From an uncultured Fibrobacterota bacterium (GTDB lineage: Bacteria > Fibrobacterota > Chitinivibrionia > Chitinivibrionales > WJKA01): a stretch of 64,000 nt of DNA. The position numbers and the translations under genes were made by a program. The stretch lies in contig CAZPUS010000003.1 of the NCBI GenBank assembly GCA_964589825.1, forward strand, positions 64,275 to 128,274, given 5' to 3'. The notes beneath the pieces were generated by a model that saw only the letters and a list, made by a program, of their open reading frames with translations, was not told the origin of the DNA and did not search any database. Positions within the stretch are counted from its first letter, which is position 1. Each line of letters starts with the position of its first letter. This document shows positions 61,342 to 64,000 of the stretch, one piece after another.

Positions 61342-63947
61342 ATTTCCCTTTCCTGAAAAAAAACGAATATCAGGATCCTGAAAAGCTGGCAGAAGTGCTG
61401 CAGGACAATGTCGAAAATCTTCAAAAAATAATCGACAACGCTGGTTCCGAAAAGGCCGAAATACATTCCCTGCTCGCATCGATGGAAAAGGAACGAAGTC
61501 AGATACGTACCGAACGTCAGTATGCTCAGCAGATACATACCCAGCTTCAGGAATTCGAGAAAAAGTACGAGCAGGTCGACTCGAAAATCGAATACGTACA
61601 GGCGCAGCAGGAAAACCTTGACAAAAGCATTAAAAGCATATCCACGCTCGAGGATAAGATACACAAGTACGAGTCCGTAATCAACAAAATTCTCGACAAT
61701 GAGAATTACCTCGAAAATCTCGACAAAAACGTCGACAACATCATTCAGAAGCTTGACGGCAAGGCGGATGTAGATGTCGTAAAACAGACTTCGCAATCTC
61801 TGAACGAACTGATGCAGCGTCAGGACAAGCATACCGAAGCGCTCTCTTCAATGGAGCAGAAAACCGAAAAACTTTCCAAAGAGATCGGGGCTGTTGAAGA
61901 GAATTTTGCACAGGTCGGCCAACGCTCGGAATCGCTCAACAGCAATATCGATGAGCTGGAAGAACGCATGAATTCGCTCATGCTGACCAGGGAAAAAGTC
62001 GAAAATCTCAACGATCTTTCGGAATATGTAAAGTCGAAAGTCAAGGAACTCGACTATCAGCGTGTAGTGGTGGAAAAGGCGACTGAAGAAGCCGGACGCT
62101 TGAACACCATTACCTGGCGTGTGGACAACGAATTAAAGCATGTCAAACAGAACCTCTCCACACTACAGCGCACCGAAAAAAATATCGAGCAGATAAACGA
62201 AATGCTGGAAAGAAGTCAGAGCTCGATAAATGAAATCCGTCAGTTCCAGAAAATGATGGAGAATGCAACGCATAAAATCACGGAAATAAAACAACTCGAT
62301 TCATATCTTGACGAAAAGCTAGAGAGTTTCAACCAGAAAACCGAGCATGTAAACAAGGTGTACGAACGTGCCCACGAAGTCCATACCATCGCCAAAAACA
62401 CCGAGGCGACGGTCAACACGGTAACCAAACATAAACAGATGGTCGAAGAGACGAGGAATAAAATCATCGAATACGAAAAACACGTCGATAAAATCAATTC
62501 CCGCATAGATGAGATGGACAAGCAGTGGAACACCCTCGACTCAATAAGACAGCAGGTCGAATCACTGCAGGAACAGGCCAATGAGGTGGAACAGAACCAG
62601 GAGAATTTGCAGAATACACAGAACCAAATACAATCTCACCAGAACAAACTCGAAGATCTTCGCTCGCTTATAGACGACACCTGCCAGAAGGAAGAGTATA
62701 TGCTTGAGTACAAATCACAGATCGAGCAGATGGATAAACGCATACAGGACTCCATGAAGCAGGGCGAAGAACTCAACACACGAATACAGGAGCTGAGTAA
62801 CTACGACCAGTATATATCAGGTGTCTCCGATCAGATCGAAGAGCTGCAGTCACTTTCAAATAAGGTCAGTGATAAAATCAACGATGTCAACGACCGTGCG
62901 CGCATTATCCAGGAGGTCGACAACAAAATCGCGAATCTCGGGGATATGGTGGAGGATATCGACGAACGCATCGACGGCCAGCTCAAACGGAAATCGCAAA
63001 TTGACAACGCGGAAAAACGCCTCGACCAGCTCAACTATCTTATCGGCGACATCAACATGAAGATACAGAACCTCTCACGGGACCAGAAAAACGTGGATGA
63101 GGTGAAAAGCAAACTCTCCACCATTTCGGTGCAATCCAACGAAGCGGAAGAGACTATCGAACGACTCTCGAGTGAAAAACGAAAACTCACGGAGACCGAA
63201 AACTACATTCAATCGCTGCAGCACCAATGCGAAGAACTCGTACGCAAAGCGAATAAGGGAATCGACCACTTCGATGAAAAACTCAATGAGTCCGAACAGA
63301 GAATGAATGAGAAAGATGCGCGTTTTCAGCAGCTTCTCCAACAAAATCAGAACGACCTCGATACAATAAACGAATACCGTACCCATATCAATCAGGCGGT
63401 CGATCAGCTGTCTGAAGTACAGAAGGCGTATGAAAACCTCAAAAACGAAATGAATCAGATCAACAGACGATACACCAAAATCGAAGCGATCGACTCACGA
63501 ATTGAAAATATCAACACCGCTATTTCGGATATCGAAATTCGCATTGAGGCGGTCGACAAGCAACGTGATATAATCGATAAGGCGCAAAAGAAAATTGACA
63601 CGCTAATCGATACAAGCCAGAAAACGGATGACAAGATCGATGAAATAAAATCACAGCACACCAAAATCGAAGAAATAGGCAACGAGACCAAAAACATCGA
63701 AAAACTGATGGGTTCACTTGAGCAACGGGCGTCCAAGCTTACGCAGCAGGAAAAACACATAAGCGAAGGAGAACAGAGAATAAAGAATCTCAATCTCCTC
63801 ATGAGTGATATAAAATCACAGATAACCAACCTTACCAAGGAGAGTGAGCGTATACAGCAGGCAACCGAGAAATCCTCCGAGTTGAAATACCTGCTTGGTG
63901 AAGTTGAACAGAAGCTTAAATTACTGCGCAATGAAAGTAACACCTGA
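61338..63947 (+). CDS. 869-aa coiled-coil-rich protein (no enzymatic motif)
   Basis: Almost entirely E/K/Q/N/L/I heptad-like sequence. No Walker or SMC head motifs. 4-nt ATGA overlap with the L,D-transpeptidase gene. Confidence 0.75.
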   Translation: MNFPFLKKNEYQDPEKLAEVLQDNVENLQKIIDNAGSEKAEIHSLLASMEKERSQIRTERQYAQQIHTQLQEFEKKYEQVDSKIEYVQAQQENLDKSIKSISTLEDKIHKYESVINKILDNENYLENLDKNVDNIIQKLDGKADVDVVKQTSQSLNELMQRQDKHTEALSSMEQKTEKLSKEIGAVEENFAQVGQRSESLNSNIDELEERMNSLMLTREKVENLNDLSEYVKSKVKELDYQRVVVEKATEEAGRLNTITWRVDNELKHVKQNLSTLQRTEKNIEQINEMLERSQSSINEIRQFQKMMENATHKITEIKQLDSYLDEKLESFNQKTEHVNKVYERAHEVHTIAKNTEATVNTVTKHKQMVEETRNKIIEYEKHVDKINSRIDEMDKQWNTLDSIRQQVESLQEQANEVEQNQENLQNTQNQIQSHQNKLEDLRSLIDDTCQKEEYMLEYKSQIEQMDKRIQDSMKQGEELNTRIQELSNYDQYISGVSDQIEELQSLSNKVSDKINDVNDRARIIQEVDNKIANLGDMVEDIDERIDGQLKRKSQIDNAEKRLDQLNYLIGDINMKIQNLSRDQKNVDEVKSKLSTISVQSNEAEETIERLSSEKRKLTETENYIQSLQHQCEELVRKANKGIDHFDEKLNESEQRMNEKDARFQQLLQQNQNDLDTINEYRTHINQAVDQLSEVQKAYENLKNEMNQINRRYTKIEAIDSRIENINTAISDIEIRIEAVDKQRDIIDKAQKKIDTLIDTSQKTDDKIDEIKSQHTKIEEIGNETKNIEKLMGSLEQRASKLTQQEKHISEGEQRIKNLNLLMSDIKSQITNLTKESERIQQATEKSSELKYLLGEVEQKLKLLRNESNT

Positions 63948-64000
63948 ACCGACCTATTTAAGGCGTCTGGATTCCACGTATGCAGTGCGGACGGCAGCAG

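Overview
A 64-kb chromosomal segment, rich in housekeeping genes, from a flagellated diderm bacterium. Supporting genes are a short FliC/FlaB-type flagellin, CheX+CheY, Tat, MlaE, Wza/Wzc and a PFK-family enzyme. Lineage cannot be assigned from sequence alone. It holds about 50 protein genes on both strands and one tRNA-Leu(CAA). I saw no rRNA, CRISPR array, transposase or phage genes. Gene order: purM (partial) / argJ; three tandem hsp20; hybrid HK, HDOD, cheY and cheX; lepA and a lepB-like gene; an aromatic operon (trpB, trpA, eukaryote-type chorismate mutase, tyrA, EPSPS-like); a ParA-TM-M23 fusion; a PFK-family gene; a histidine kinase; a Ser/Thr kinase; flagellin; sat-cysC; ABC-2 transporter plus moxR; an ispH::UbiA-like fusion; mlaE; tatA-tatC-tatB::5-FCL; rlmB and apbE. 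After the tRNA comes a ~13.5-kb plus-strand envelope/exopolysaccharide locus: wza, MinD-like, ExeA-like, a 1084-aa Wzc, SLBB-FecR-LCP-like, rfbD, GT9-like, an L,D-transpeptidase and an 869-aa coiled coil. Three things stand out. (1) A dispersed family of ~160-nt imperfect-palindrome intergenic elements. There are four full-length copies, one shorter copy and several degenerate ones, and two full-length copies carry perfect 5-bp flanking duplications. I cannot match the family to any repeat or RNA class I know. (2) An unusual number of domain fusions (ParA-M23, IspH-UbiA, TatB-5FCL, Wzc with a post-tyrosine-cluster extension) and of paralogues that keep the fold signature but have lost catalytic residues (SPase I-like, EPSPS-like, LCP-like, pseudo-receivers). 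(3) The atypical composition of the envelope locus. All calls come from reading the sequence and ORF translations by eye. No database search, HMM or folding program was run.
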